The notes: generated by a model not told the origin, from the letters alone. Shown: positions 38,001-46,003, counted from the first letter of the stretch. The stretch is 64,000 nt of DNA from an uncultured Verrucomicrobiae bacterium (GCA_963764165.1 CAVXRD010000002.1:224001-288000), one strand, 5' to 3'. Numbers and translations are program-made.

Positions 38001-41000
38001 GCACCCGGTTCCTCATGCAATGACACCATCACCCGCACTTGGACGGCTACTGACTGCGCCGGACAAACCACCAAAATCCAACAAATCATCACTGTCAAGA
38101 ACCTCATCCCGCCGACGATGACGGCAGGGACGATCGCCAGTTGCTACAGCAGTGTCGAAGCAGCGACCAACGCAGCCATGCAAGCCACCAGCGCCAGCGC
38201 CTCCTGCGCAGGCACGGTCGTCCTGACGGTGTCAACCAATGGAACGAACTGCCCGGCCACCATCACCGTCACCGCCACTGACGGATGTGGCAACTCCACC
38301 AAAGTGACCTACACCACCGCGATTTTATTGACCGCGCCAATCTTTGAAAATCCGCCTGCCAACGTGACCTATAGCTGTTACTCTGACGTGCCAGCCATGC
38401 AGCCGCTGACAGCGATGGACGCCTGCGGGACGACTTGGTCTGTGACGGGAACTTCAGTGGAGACCGCCCCCGGTTCCTCGTGCAACGACACCATCACCCG
38501 CACTTGGACTGCAACTGACTGCGCCGGACAAACCACCAAAATCCAACAAATCATCACCGTCAAGAACCTCATCCCGCCGACGATGACGGCAGGGACGATC
38601 GCCAGTTGCTACAGCAGTGTCGAGGCAGCGACCAACGCAGCCATGCAAGCCACCAGCGCCAGCGCCTCCTGCGCAGGCACGGTCGTCCTGACGGTGTCAA
38701 CCAATGGAACGAACTGCCCGGCCACCATCACCGTCACCGCCACCGACGGATGCGGCAATTCCACCAACGTCACCTACACGACAGCAATTTTGCTGACGGC
38801 CCCGACTTTTGAAAATCCGCCTGCCAACGTGACCTATAGCTGTTACTCCGACGTGCCAGCCATGCAGCCGTTGACGGCCATGGACGCCTGCGGAACGACT
38901 TGGTCTGTGACGGGTACCTCAGTTGAGACAGCACCCGGTTCCTCATGCAATGACACCATCACCCGCACTTGGACGGCTACTGACTGCGCCGGACAAACCA
39001 CCAAAATCCAACAAATCATCACCGTCAAGAACTTCATCCCGCCGACGATGACGGCAGGGACGATCGCCAGTTGCTACAGCAGCGTGATGGCGGCGACCAA
39101 CGCAGCCGTGCAGGCCACTAAAGCCAGTGCTTTCTGCTCGGGCGCGGTCAACCTGACGGTGACGACCAACGGACTTGACTGCCCGGCCACGATCACCGTC
39201 ACCGCCACGGACGGATGCGGCAATTCCGCCCACGTCACCTACACAGCGGCGATTTTGCCGATGCCGCCGACATTTGAAAATCCGCCTGCCAACGCGACCT
39301 ATAGTTGTTACTCGGAAGTGCCAGCCATGCAGCCGCTGACGGCGGTAGACGCCTGCGGGACAAGCTGGGCTGTGAATGGAACCTCCATGCAGACTGCCGC
39401 TGGTTCTTCATGCAACGACATCATCACCCGCACCTGGACGGCGACCGATTGCGCCGGACAAACCACCACCTTCATCCAGACGATCAAGGTAAACAACACC
39501 AATGCCCCGACCCTAGCCCACGTCCCCACCGGCGGCTACGCCGGATGCAGCGCGGCCGATCTTCCTACTGACGCGACCGTGCTCAACGGTGTCACGGCGA
39601 CGGACTTCTGCGGCAAACCAGCCAGCGTGACGGCAAGTTATGTTGATAGCGTCAACAACTGCGAAGGCACACGCACGTTTTCGATTGTCGGCACAGACAC
39701 CTGTGGCAATACCGTCACGCAAACCGTGGCCTACACCTGGACAGCGGGCACCAACGGTCCCAACGTGGTCTGCCCGCCGAGTGTGACCATCGTCACCAAC
39801 GTTTGTCAGATGTATTGCACATTTTCCCCTTCGGATTGGAGCTGCGCTCCAAACCCTGGTTATAACAACAATTGGGGTTACGTCTCCCAATATTACAATA
39901 ACTGGGGTTTCGGCGGCGGCTGGGGATCGTGCAACTGGGGAAACCACGACGCCAACAACTGGTGGCAGTCCTGGTGCAACACCAATCCCGTTTCGGCCTG
40001 CTGGCCCAGCTGGACCAATTGGTGGAGCCAATCCGCCAGCCCCACCAACGGCAACGGTCTTTGGACCACCTGGTGCACCCAACGCCCAACCAATTGCTGG
40101 GGATCCTGGTCCGCCAATAATCAGTCGGCCAACAACGGCAACTGGTGGAATGGCTGGAATGGCGGCAACCAGACCAGCTATGGCTGGGTTCCTTGCTCCG
40201 GCAACAACCCCGGCGGCATCCTGAGCTCGTGTTTCAACAAAGTTTATTCCAATGGTTGCGTGCGGATTGGCTCTCCCCTGGGCAACTGCTGGACGTTTAC
40301 CTCCTGCTCCGCAGTGACCAACTGCCTGGGCTTCGGCGGAAGTTGCGGGGTGCTGACCAATTGCGCCACCAATCCGGCTTCTTGCAAATCCGGCGCCTTC
40401 TGCGCCCAGGTCCTGGCGTTGCAGTTGAACTGCGACCTCGGTGATTACGGTTGCGTGCCCGGCTTTTTCGGCAAGTGCGGCGACCTGGTTCTGACCTGTC
40501 CGGCCTCGCCTTGCAACGGCTGCAAAGTGCGCGACGTCCTGAGCCTGTGCAACGGGGTCCTCGGTGGCGCGCCCTGCCCGGCTGGATGCACTGTCTCGAA
40601 CCTGTGCGGACTCCTCACCAACCTCAACCAGTGCTTTGAAGGCTGCCGGGTCAGCCCCTGGTGCAGTTCCAATTTGGCGCAGGTCTACATTCCGCCGGCT
40701 TCCGTGACCGGAACGGCGACCGCGACGGCAACCTGCAGCCCCGTGGCGATACTGACCAACTACGACACGATCTTGCCCACTTCTTGCAGCAATACGTATG
40801 TCATCGAACGCGTTTGGGCCGCGGTGGATGGATGCGGCAACAGCAACTATTGCACACAGCTCATTACCGTCGCCCAGAGCGGATTGATCCCGGGCGCCGA
40901 ATTGACGAAAACCGGACCCGCGACGGCAACCGTCAGCAACACTCTTGTTTACACCTTCACGGTGACCAACAACGGCAACAGCGCTGAGACATTGCAGGTG

Positions 41001-41786
41001 ATCGATCCGCTGCTGGGTGGCGCCATCTTCTCGCAATCCAATGTGGCTCCGGGCCAGGGCTTTGCCTTCACCGAGAGTTATACGCCGAAGACCAGCGGAA
41101 ACCTGACCAACACGGCGTGGGCGATCGGAACCGTGCCCGGTGGCAAGTCCGTCACCAATTATTCCACCGCCATCACCTGTATTACGACCAAGTGCGTGAC
41201 CAATCAGATATGCAGCAGCTTTAACTCACAGAACGAAGGCAGCGGATACGTCTGGTTCAACGCTCATCTCAATTGCAATCCAGGCAAGGCTTGCGCGTTC
41301 TATTGCTCGAACGCGATAGTGACTCTCTCATGCGCTGATGGCAAGGTCTATACGTTCCCCGTCCCAAATTGCCAGGTCAACTTCACCAATTGCTCCAGCG
41401 GCAGTTGTTCCTACAACGGTTCATCCTGGAGCACGGAGATTCCTTCAGCCGGCGACAGCGAATGCTTCCTGTCCGGTTTCGGAATTCCATGGCAGGCTGA
41501 CTTTGCCAATTGCCATTCGGTTTGCTGGACGGGAGTGTTTAGCTGCAGCACGCCGGGCGTCAGCTGCAACTGGCAATGGAGCGCCGCCTGCTACAATTGC
41601 GACTTGAGCAACTGCGGAGCCATCAACGTCAAACCCTGCCACGACAACCCGAGCGGTTATCAAAACGGCGACCACGCCGGAACCCCGGAGAATTGCACTT
41701 CTCACTGCCAGCCGGGCGCCTGCGGCGGCGGCGGCGGCAACTACACCGGTTCGTGGTCGGGCACTGGCTCGTTCACCTGCCATTAA
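35019..41786 (+). CDS. Giant secreted Cys-rich repeat protein (SdrD-B-like, HYR-like Ig repeats, DUF11-like, Cys-rich C-terminal domain)
   Basis: Signal peptide (MKLLPKQMGVCLLAALAVLSFQFRAAA); TTTAANGSFSFTNVVAGAY; T-D-x-C-G-N HYR-like units; ELTKTG..VYTFTVTNNGN; ends AGTPE...GGGGGNYTGSWSGT. Confidence 0.88.
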   Translation: MKLLPKQMGVCLLAALAVLSFQFRAAAVPKPIGTVSGSVVNSCAGSGNLTGDAGIAGISVSLSSSTVATVTTTTAANGSFSFTNVVAGAYVLTVNPPAQYVETYPAGVTNNKVQVSVTPGQTTTTNFGYAFSSPPTIIYTPPVTSSIALGSQAECTATESQWAGAPSGNDAGAVLASNFPTVFPSGVTIGYAGGFTVNLTSVPAVDAFLSSASGPPGTLSASAVNPASTSAGDFAGEVLALQLSVGFSGAGVFGTGTTLSNLVYYNPSSPLNGYGLGQILNIANIGLGGGNLAPYGVSIDDLETLLLTLNSALTNCTADAFAASSLLIPVSASDVTDSIISNAVTLVEASGGASFTVSHTDTGTCGQIRTFTIQAMNTCGYESSSNVVFALGGNLAAPVISGVPAGGFLGCVGAGQFPAGLPTESAIYGEVSATGLSGSPIIVVTLQDTVNGCSGSRTFTVTVSDICGNLASKQTIYTWDILSGIPTFGGLPAAATNYSCYAQVPPAAQVTATDACGQSLTVNYSSTETAPDSSCNDTITRTWITADCAGQTASFQQVITVKNLIPPTMTAGTIASCYSSVEEATNAALLATSASASCAGTVVLTVSTNGTNCPATITVTATDGCGNFTNVTYTTAILLTAPTFENPPANATYSCYSDVPAMQPLTAMDACGTTWSVTGTSVETAPGSSCNDTITRTWTATDCAGQTTKIQQIITVKNLIPPTMTAGTIASCYASVEEATNAAVQATSASASCAGTVVLTVSTNGTNCPATITVTATDGCGNSTNVTYTTAILLTAPTFENPPANVTYSCYSDLPAMQPLTAMDACGTTWSVTGTSVETAPGSSCNDTITRTWTATDCAGQTTKVQQIITVKNLIPPTMTAGTIASCYASVEEATNAAVQATSASASCAGTVVLTVSTNGTNCPATITVTATDGCGNSTNVTYTTAILLTAPTFENPPANATYSCYSDVPAMQPLTAVDACGTVWSVTGTSVETAPGSSCNDTITRTWTATDCAGQTTKIQQIITVKNLIPPTMTAGTIASCYSSVEAATNAAMQATSASASCAGTVVLTVSTNGTNCPATITVTATDGCGNSTKVTYTTAILLTAPIFENPPANVTYSCYSDVPAMQPLTAMDACGTTWSVTGTSVETAPGSSCNDTITRTWTATDCAGQTTKIQQIITVKNLIPPTMTAGTIASCYSSVEAATNAAMQATSASASCAGTVVLTVSTNGTNCPATITVTATDGCGNSTNVTYTTAILLTAPTFENPPANVTYSCYSDVPAMQPLTAMDACGTTWSVTGTSVETAPGSSCNDTITRTWTATDCAGQTTKIQQIITVKNFIPPTMTAGTIASCYSSVMAATNAAVQATKASAFCSGAVNLTVTTNGLDCPATITVTATDGCGNSAHVTYTAAILPMPPTFENPPANATYSCYSEVPAMQPLTAVDACGTSWAVNGTSMQTAAGSSCNDIITRTWTATDCAGQTTTFIQTIKVNNTNAPTLAHVPTGGYAGCSAADLPTDATVLNGVTATDFCGKPASVTASYVDSVNNCEGTRTFSIVGTDTCGNTVTQTVAYTWTAGTNGPNVVCPPSVTIVTNVCQMYCTFSPSDWSCAPNPGYNNNWGYVSQYYNNWGFGGGWGSCNWGNHDANNWWQSWCNTNPVSACWPSWTNWWSQSASPTNGNGLWTTWCTQRPTNCWGSWSANNQSANNGNWWNGWNGGNQTSYGWVPCSGNNPGGILSSCFNKVYSNGCVRIGSPLGNCWTFTSCSAVTNCLGFGGSCGVLTNCATNPASCKSGAFCAQVLALQLNCDLGDYGCVPGFFGKCGDLVLTCPASPCNGCKVRDVLSLCNGVLGGAPCPAGCTVSNLCGLLTNLNQCFEGCRVSPWCSSNLAQVYIPPASVTGTATATATCSPVAILTNYDTILPTSCSNTYVIERVWAAVDGCGNSNYCTQLITVAQSGLIPGAELTKTGPATATVSNTLVYTFTVTNNGNSAETLQVIDPLLGGAIFSQSNVAPGQGFAFTESYTPKTSGNLTNTAWAIGTVPGGKSVTNYSTAITCITTKCVTNQICSSFNSQNEGSGYVWFNAHLNCNPGKACAFYCSNAIVTLSCADGKVYTFPVPNCQVNFTNCSSGSCSYNGSSWSTEIPSAGDSECFLSGFGIPWQADFANCHSVCWTGVFSCSTPGVSCNWQWSAACYNCDLSNCGAINVKPCHDNPSGYQNGDHAGTPENCTSHCQPGACGGGGGNYTGSWSGTGSFTCH
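36702..39491 (+). repeat. Six in-frame tandem repeats of 465 bp (155 aa)
   Basis: Units start at 36702, 37167, 37632, 38097, 38562 and 39027 (exact 465-bp period), preceded by a partial unit from ~36480. Confidence 0.97.
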
Positions 41787-41833
41787 TCCGGGCGTGAAAT
41801 CTGCCAGAAGCCCAAACCAAACAAAAGCAATCC

Positions 41834-41952
41834 CGAGCAGGGGCGGCATAGGAGGCTATGTTCCCTCAGCTCTCGTTTTCAAAGCCGTTGGAGTGAGATC
41901 ACAAGGGTGAGAGCGGTCTCTTTGAAGGCGGTCTGATCAAATGAAGTCAGGC
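41834..41952. ncRNA. Candidate structured RNA / terminator complex (three adjacent hairpins)
   Basis: Hairpins at 41834-41875, 41874-41930 and 41931-41952 between convergent genes; no family recognised. Confidence 0.3.
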
Positions 41953-42096
41953 CTCTGTCAAATTATTTGTACAGACACGAAATCATTCACCAACTCGAGC
42001 GCGTTGAAGGCTGAACAAAGAAAATAAAACACAGATGCGTGTCCGGGCATCCTTGCCGCCACGCGAACTGAAGAATTAAGAGGTGGGAAAAACCGG

Positions 42097-42321
42097 CTAA
42101 TTCTGCGGCGAATGCGGCTGGCGGCTGCGGCGCCATTTGCTTCGGTGCTTGATGATCCAATCGGTCAGGGCGCGTTCGAAACCGATGTCGTGGCCGGCCT
42201 TTTGGGACTCGATCCATTTGTGTTTCATGATCTCTTCCTTCTCCGCTTCGAACTCGCGGTAGAGGGATGATTTGCGAACCAGGTCGGTGCCGTTGGAGCC
42301 TTTAGTTGTGGATTGCGACAT
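42097..42321 (-). CDS. DUF4032-like small protein
   Basis: SSLYREFEAEKEEIMKHKWIESQKAGHDIGFERALTDW. Confidence 0.8.
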   Translation of the reverse strand: MSQSTTKGSNGTDLVRKSSLYREFEAEKEEIMKHKWIESQKAGHDIGFERALTDWIIKHRSKWRRSRQPHSPQN

Positions 42322-42395
42322 AGGCGCAGTGATTGTCAATTGGGGTGCGAGAGACGCCATTTCTTTTAAGGTGAGGGTCATCGGTTTTTGGGTGG

Positions 42396-42755
42396 TTAGG
42401 CGACTTCCAAGCCGAGGGTCTTGCGACCATTGGGACTGATCATGCTCTGATGCCACGGCGGGTCCCAAACCAACTCGACGTTGGCTTCGTGAATGGCATC
42501 AAGCGCCAGCAGGCGCTCCTGGACGTTTCCGGCAATCTGGCCGCCCAAATGGCAGCCGGGGGAGGTCAGCGTCATCTTGATATTGGCCTGTCCGTCGTTG
42601 ACAGACACAGAGTAAACCAATCCCAAGTCAACGATATTTAGGGGAATCTCGGGGTCAAAGCATTGGCGCAGTTCGTCCCAAACCAAATCATCGAGACCTC
42701 CGGTTTGCCCGGCAGGCTCGGCTCGATTCACGTTATGATCCGCGGAACGATCCAT
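42396..42755 (-). CDS. DUF59/SufT-like metal-sulfur cluster assembly factor
   Basis: DPEIPLNIVDLGLVY, MTLTSPGC, LVWDPPW. Confidence 0.93.
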   Translation of the reverse strand: MDRSADHNVNRAEPAGQTGGLDDLVWDELRQCFDPEIPLNIVDLGLVYSVSVNDGQANIKMTLTSPGCHLGGQIAGNVQERLLALDAIHEANVELVWDPPWHQSMISPNGRKTLGLEVA

Positions 42756-42775
42756 AGATCACTTTGTAACCTAAT

Positions 42776-43831
42776 CTATGCAAATCTGTCACGCAAGGTT
42801 TTTGCGATGTTAATAAATGCCTGCGCCGGAGGCGTTTGTGGATCAGACACAACGATAGGAATTCCCAAATCCCCACCTTTTCGGATTTCTACGAAAATGG
42901 GGACTTCGCCGAGAAATGGCATATCGCGCCGTTCCGCCTCGTATCGCCCGCCGCCGTGGCCAAAAATCTCCACCCGTTCGCCGTTCGGTGCGATGAAATA
43001 GCTCATGTTTTCGACGATGCCGAGCAACGGGACATTGACCTTTTCGAACATCGCGATGCCTTTCCGCACGACGCCGAGGGACGCTTCTTGGGGCGTCGTC
43101 ACGATGACACCGCCATCCAGTGGAACGGTTTGGCAAAGGGAGAGTTGGGCATCGCCGGTGCCAGGAGGAAGGTCAACCAGCAGAAAGTCCAACTGTCCCC
43201 ATTCGACGTCCGAAATGAATTGCTGGATGGTTTTCATGATCATCGGCCCACGCCAAATCACCGGGGCGTCGGCGTCAATCAAAAGACCCATGCTCATCAG
43301 TTTGACGCCGTGGCTGACCGGGGGCACGAGCTTTTCGGCTTCGCTGATGGTAGGTTTGTCGTGCATGCCCATCATGAGCGGAATGCTGGGGCCGTAAATA
43401 TCACAATCAAGCAGTCCGACCGAGGCGCCCAAATGCTTCAGCGCGCAGGCCAGATTCACGGAGACGGTGGATTTCCCCACGCCGCCTTTTCCGCTGGCCA
43501 CTGCGATGACCCGATTGATGCCGGGCACCTTGGCTTTCTGGCCGCTGGGAATCGGGCTTGGCGCCTGCCCGGCCGCCGTCGCGCCCCGCACCTCGACGAA
43601 CAACTGCTCGACCCCTTTGACTTGACGCAGCGCGGATTCGACATCGGCTTTGAGCTTCGCGGCGACCTCGGCGCTGCCGCCGGTCAATTGCAAAATGAGG
43701 CTGACCGCGCCGCCGTTGGCGTTAATTTCCTTGACCAACCCAAACGAGACAATGTCCCGTGAATAACCCGGATATTTCACCGTCTTGAGAATATCGAGGA
43801 CGGCCTGCTGCGAAATGGCACTCATGTCCAT
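42776..43831 (-). CDS. mrp: Mrp/ApbC/NBP35 Fe-S cluster carrier ATPase
   Basis: VKYPGYSRDIV N-domain, SGKGGVGKST, DCDIYGPS, WRGP, DLPPGTGD, ENMS. Confidence 0.94.
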   Translation of the reverse strand: MDMSAISQQAVLDILKTVKYPGYSRDIVSFGLVKEINANGGAVSLILQLTGGSAEVAAKLKADVESALRQVKGVEQLFVEVRGATAAGQAPSPIPSGQKAKVPGINRVIAVASGKGGVGKSTVSVNLACALKHLGASVGLLDCDIYGPSIPLMMGMHDKPTISEAEKLVPPVSHGVKLMSMGLLIDADAPVIWRGPMIMKTIQQFISDVEWGQLDFLLVDLPPGTGDAQLSLCQTVPLDGGVIVTTPQEASLGVVRKGIAMFEKVNVPLLGIVENMSYFIAPNGERVEIFGHGGGRYEAERRDMPFLGEVPIFVEIRKGGDLGIPIVVSDPQTPPAQAFINIAKTLRDRFA

Positions 43832-43958
43832 CCAAGCTATGACGGTGCTTCGGCCAACGCAAGCAGCGCGATGCAGATCCGTCCCGAACAAGTGGCTGAT
43901 TAATAATAATTTCGCAATTCATTTGACTTTGCGTGGATTAGGCAGTGAATGGTGGAAT

Positions 43959-44048
43959 ATGGCTACATCTAAGAAAGCTGCTTCCAAAGCACCCGCAAAA
44001 AAAACATCCCCCATCAAAGCGAAGAAGACCGTCGCGAAAAAGAAATAA
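43959..44048 (+). CDS. 29-aa Lys/Ala-rich histone-H1-like microprotein
   Basis: MATSKKAASKAPAKKTSPIKAKKTVAKKK; ATG...TAA; TTGACT at 43923 in an AT-rich divergent region. Confidence 0.6.
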   Translation: MATSKKAASKAPAKKTSPIKAKKTVAKKK

Positions 44049-44237
44049 CGCGCGAATTCAGAAACCTGAAGGTTGGAATCTGGAACTCAGGAAATCAGGA
44101 ACCGGAGCTTCGGAAGAGTGCGAAGCGGGTTTGAGACAAGATTCTTCGTTAAGCATTATTTCCCTCCCCACAGTATCCGGGGATTGAACAGACGCGGGAA
44201 GAATTGCCAGGCGCGCCGGAAAATTCGGGACTGACGA

Positions 44238-44390
44238 AGCGCCGTAGGCGTGGAACCTTTGTAGAAACGGTCCGAAAACATTCTCGAGTTCCGTCAGGAG
44301 CGGCACTGGACGCAATGTCAGGTGTCGCTCCTGACGGAGCTTGAAAATCTTTGGGACGTCTTTCTACAACGGTGCCGCGCCTACGGCGCT
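44238..44390. repeat. Double-hairpin REP-like element
   Basis: Outer arms agcgccgtaggcg..ttgtagaaa / tttctacaa..cgcctacggcgct; inner arms gagttccgtcaggagcggcac / gtgtcgctcctgacggagctt. Confidence 0.8.
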
Positions 44391-44544
44391 TGGCGGCAAC
44401 GCGGAATGAAGAATTTTGTCTTATACCCGTGCGAAGCGCATCGTCATTTTATTGATTGACAGTCGCTGCGTGGTTCTTGGCGCTCGGACAAGGGCAAAAC
44501 GGCTTCTTGCTCCGGTCTTTTTCGTGAGTTCGTGAGTTCCAGAT

Positions 44545-44853
44545 TTATTCGCCTTCCCTCTTGCCAGCTTCCGCCTTCGGCCGATAGAGCACGACTACAT
44601 TGCCGACACGCGTGATGAGGCAGCTGCCGCTCTTTTCGGCTAACTGAGGAGCGAGTTCCTTCTTCTCTTCCTTGAACTGGCCAAATTTCACTTTGACAAG
44701 TTCGTGATGCTTCAATGCGTCATCAAGGGCGGCGAGAAATTTCGGGCTGAGGCCTTCCTTGCCCACCTCCAGCGTGGCTTTCATGCGCTGAGCCTGGGCT
44801 TTTAGCTCGCGGATTTTTGCGTTGGCGAGCGGAATCAACGGTAGCCTTCCCAT
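44545..44853 (-). CDS. yhbY: YhbY/CRM-domain RNA-binding protein
   Basis: ELKAQAQRMK..VGKEGL..ALKHHELVKVKF..VGNVVVLYR; start uncertain. Confidence 0.88.
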   Translation of the reverse strand: MGRLPLIPLANAKIRELKAQAQRMKATLEVGKEGLSPKFLAALDDALKHHELVKVKFGQFKEEKKELAPQLAEKSGSCLITRVGNVVVLYRPKAEAGKREGE

Positions 44854-45620
44854 TCCGGCTCGTTGGCGAAAATCCAGCGGTAATAATCCGTCTCCCGCAA
44901 TTTGCCTGCTGCGGCTTCATCCAGCACAACTGTGCAGCGCGGGTGCCATTGCAGCGCGGTCGCGGAAATCATCGAGGTGATCGGGCCTTCCACGGCTTTT
45001 GCAATCACGTCCGCTTTCGACGCTCCGGTGGCCAGCATCAGGCAGCGCGAGCAGTCAAGAATAGTTCCAACACCCATCGTGATGGCGCGGCGGGGGACAT
45101 TTTTCGGGCCCTCGAAAAACGCGGCGTTTTGCTCGATGGTAACCGGGCTGAGGGCCTTAACCCGTGTGCGCGAACGCAACGCCGAAAGCGGCTCATTGAA
45201 ACCGATGTGGCCGGTTTTGCCGATGCCGAGGAGCTGCAGATCAATCGCGCCGCAGCGTTTTATTTTGCGCTCGTAATCGGCGCATTCGGCATCGAGGTCT
45301 TTGGCAGCCCCGTTCGGCAGATGCGTGTTGCGCAGGTCGATGTTGACGTGATTGAAAAGCTGCTCGTTCATGTAGTGGCGATACGAGCGCGGGTCCTCCG
45401 GCTTCAGGCCGACGTATTCATCAAGATTGAACGTGCGGCAAAGCGAGAAATCCAGATTCTCCTCGCGGTGCATTTTCACGAGGATTTTATAGACCGCCTC
45501 CATCGTGCGCCCAGTGGCCAAACCGAGCACGGCTGACGGATTGGCCCGCAACTCGGCGGCGACAATGCGCGCCACCAACAATGCCGCAGCCTGTTCATCT
45601 GGTCGAATAATCGCTTCCAC
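44835..45620 (-). CDS. nagB: Glucosamine-6-phosphate deaminase
   Basis: VLGLATGRT, FNLDEYVGL, LLGIGKTGHIGFNEP, AITMGVGTI. Confidence 0.96.
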   Translation of the reverse strand: MEAIIRPDEQAAALLVARIVAAELRANPSAVLGLATGRTMEAVYKILVKMHREENLDFSLCRTFNLDEYVGLKPEDPRSYRHYMNEQLFNHVNIDLRNTHLPNGAAKDLDAECADYERKIKRCGAIDLQLLGIGKTGHIGFNEPLSALRSRTRVKALSPVTIEQNAAFFEGPKNVPRRAITMGVGTILDCSRCLMLATGASKADVIAKAVEGPITSMISATALQWHPRCTVVLDEAAAGKLRETDYYRWIFANEPEWEGYR

Positions 45621-45668
45621 TGTCAGGGCAACTTAGAAACGCATGGCAGACGTGACAAGACATTTTGA

Positions 45669-45972
45669 GAGCGCGCGCCCTTCGCGTGCAGTGGTTGGCG
45701 CCCTCGCCGATCACATCTTAGCCGTAACAATTCAGTTAAGAAGGGTAGCGCGACCGTCTCGGTCGCCTCCAGTCGGCGTCCCGCCGACTGGCTCTGGCGG
45801 AAAATCTGGATTCACTCTTCGGTGACTAATCAGACGCGTAAGATGTCTTCGGCGGGACGCCGAAGACGGCGGTCGAGACGACCGCGCTCCCCAATTTCAA
45901 CTGCATCGTTACGGCTTAGAAGGGCAATCGGCGAGGGCGCCGATTGTCTGCACGCGAGGCGCGTGCGCTCCC
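45669..45972. repeat. REP-like inverted pair hosting a MITE
   Basis: gagcgcgcgcccttcgcgtgca..ggcgccctcgccga (45669-45710) is inverted to tcggcgagggcgcc..tgcacgcgaggcgcgtgcgctc (45928-45970). Confidence 0.75.
45721..45915. mobile_element. 195-bp MITE-like element with TIRs and TTA target duplication
   Basis: gccgtaacaattcagtt versus reverse complement gccgtaacgatgcagtt (15/17); TTA at 45718-45720 and 45916-45918; internal REP-type hairpins. Confidence 0.7.
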
Positions 45973-46003
45973 CGGGCCGAAGAATTCAAGCGCGACAATT
46001 CTC

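Noticed and set aside
36702..39491. CRISPR-like regularly spaced identical 42-nt block
   Set aside because: The intervening ~420-bp segments are near-identical and in frame within a CDS; no cas genes
35019..41786. Diversity-generating retroelement template/variable repeat pair
   Set aside because: Repeat differences are mostly synonymous and not adenine-specific; no reverse transcriptase in the window
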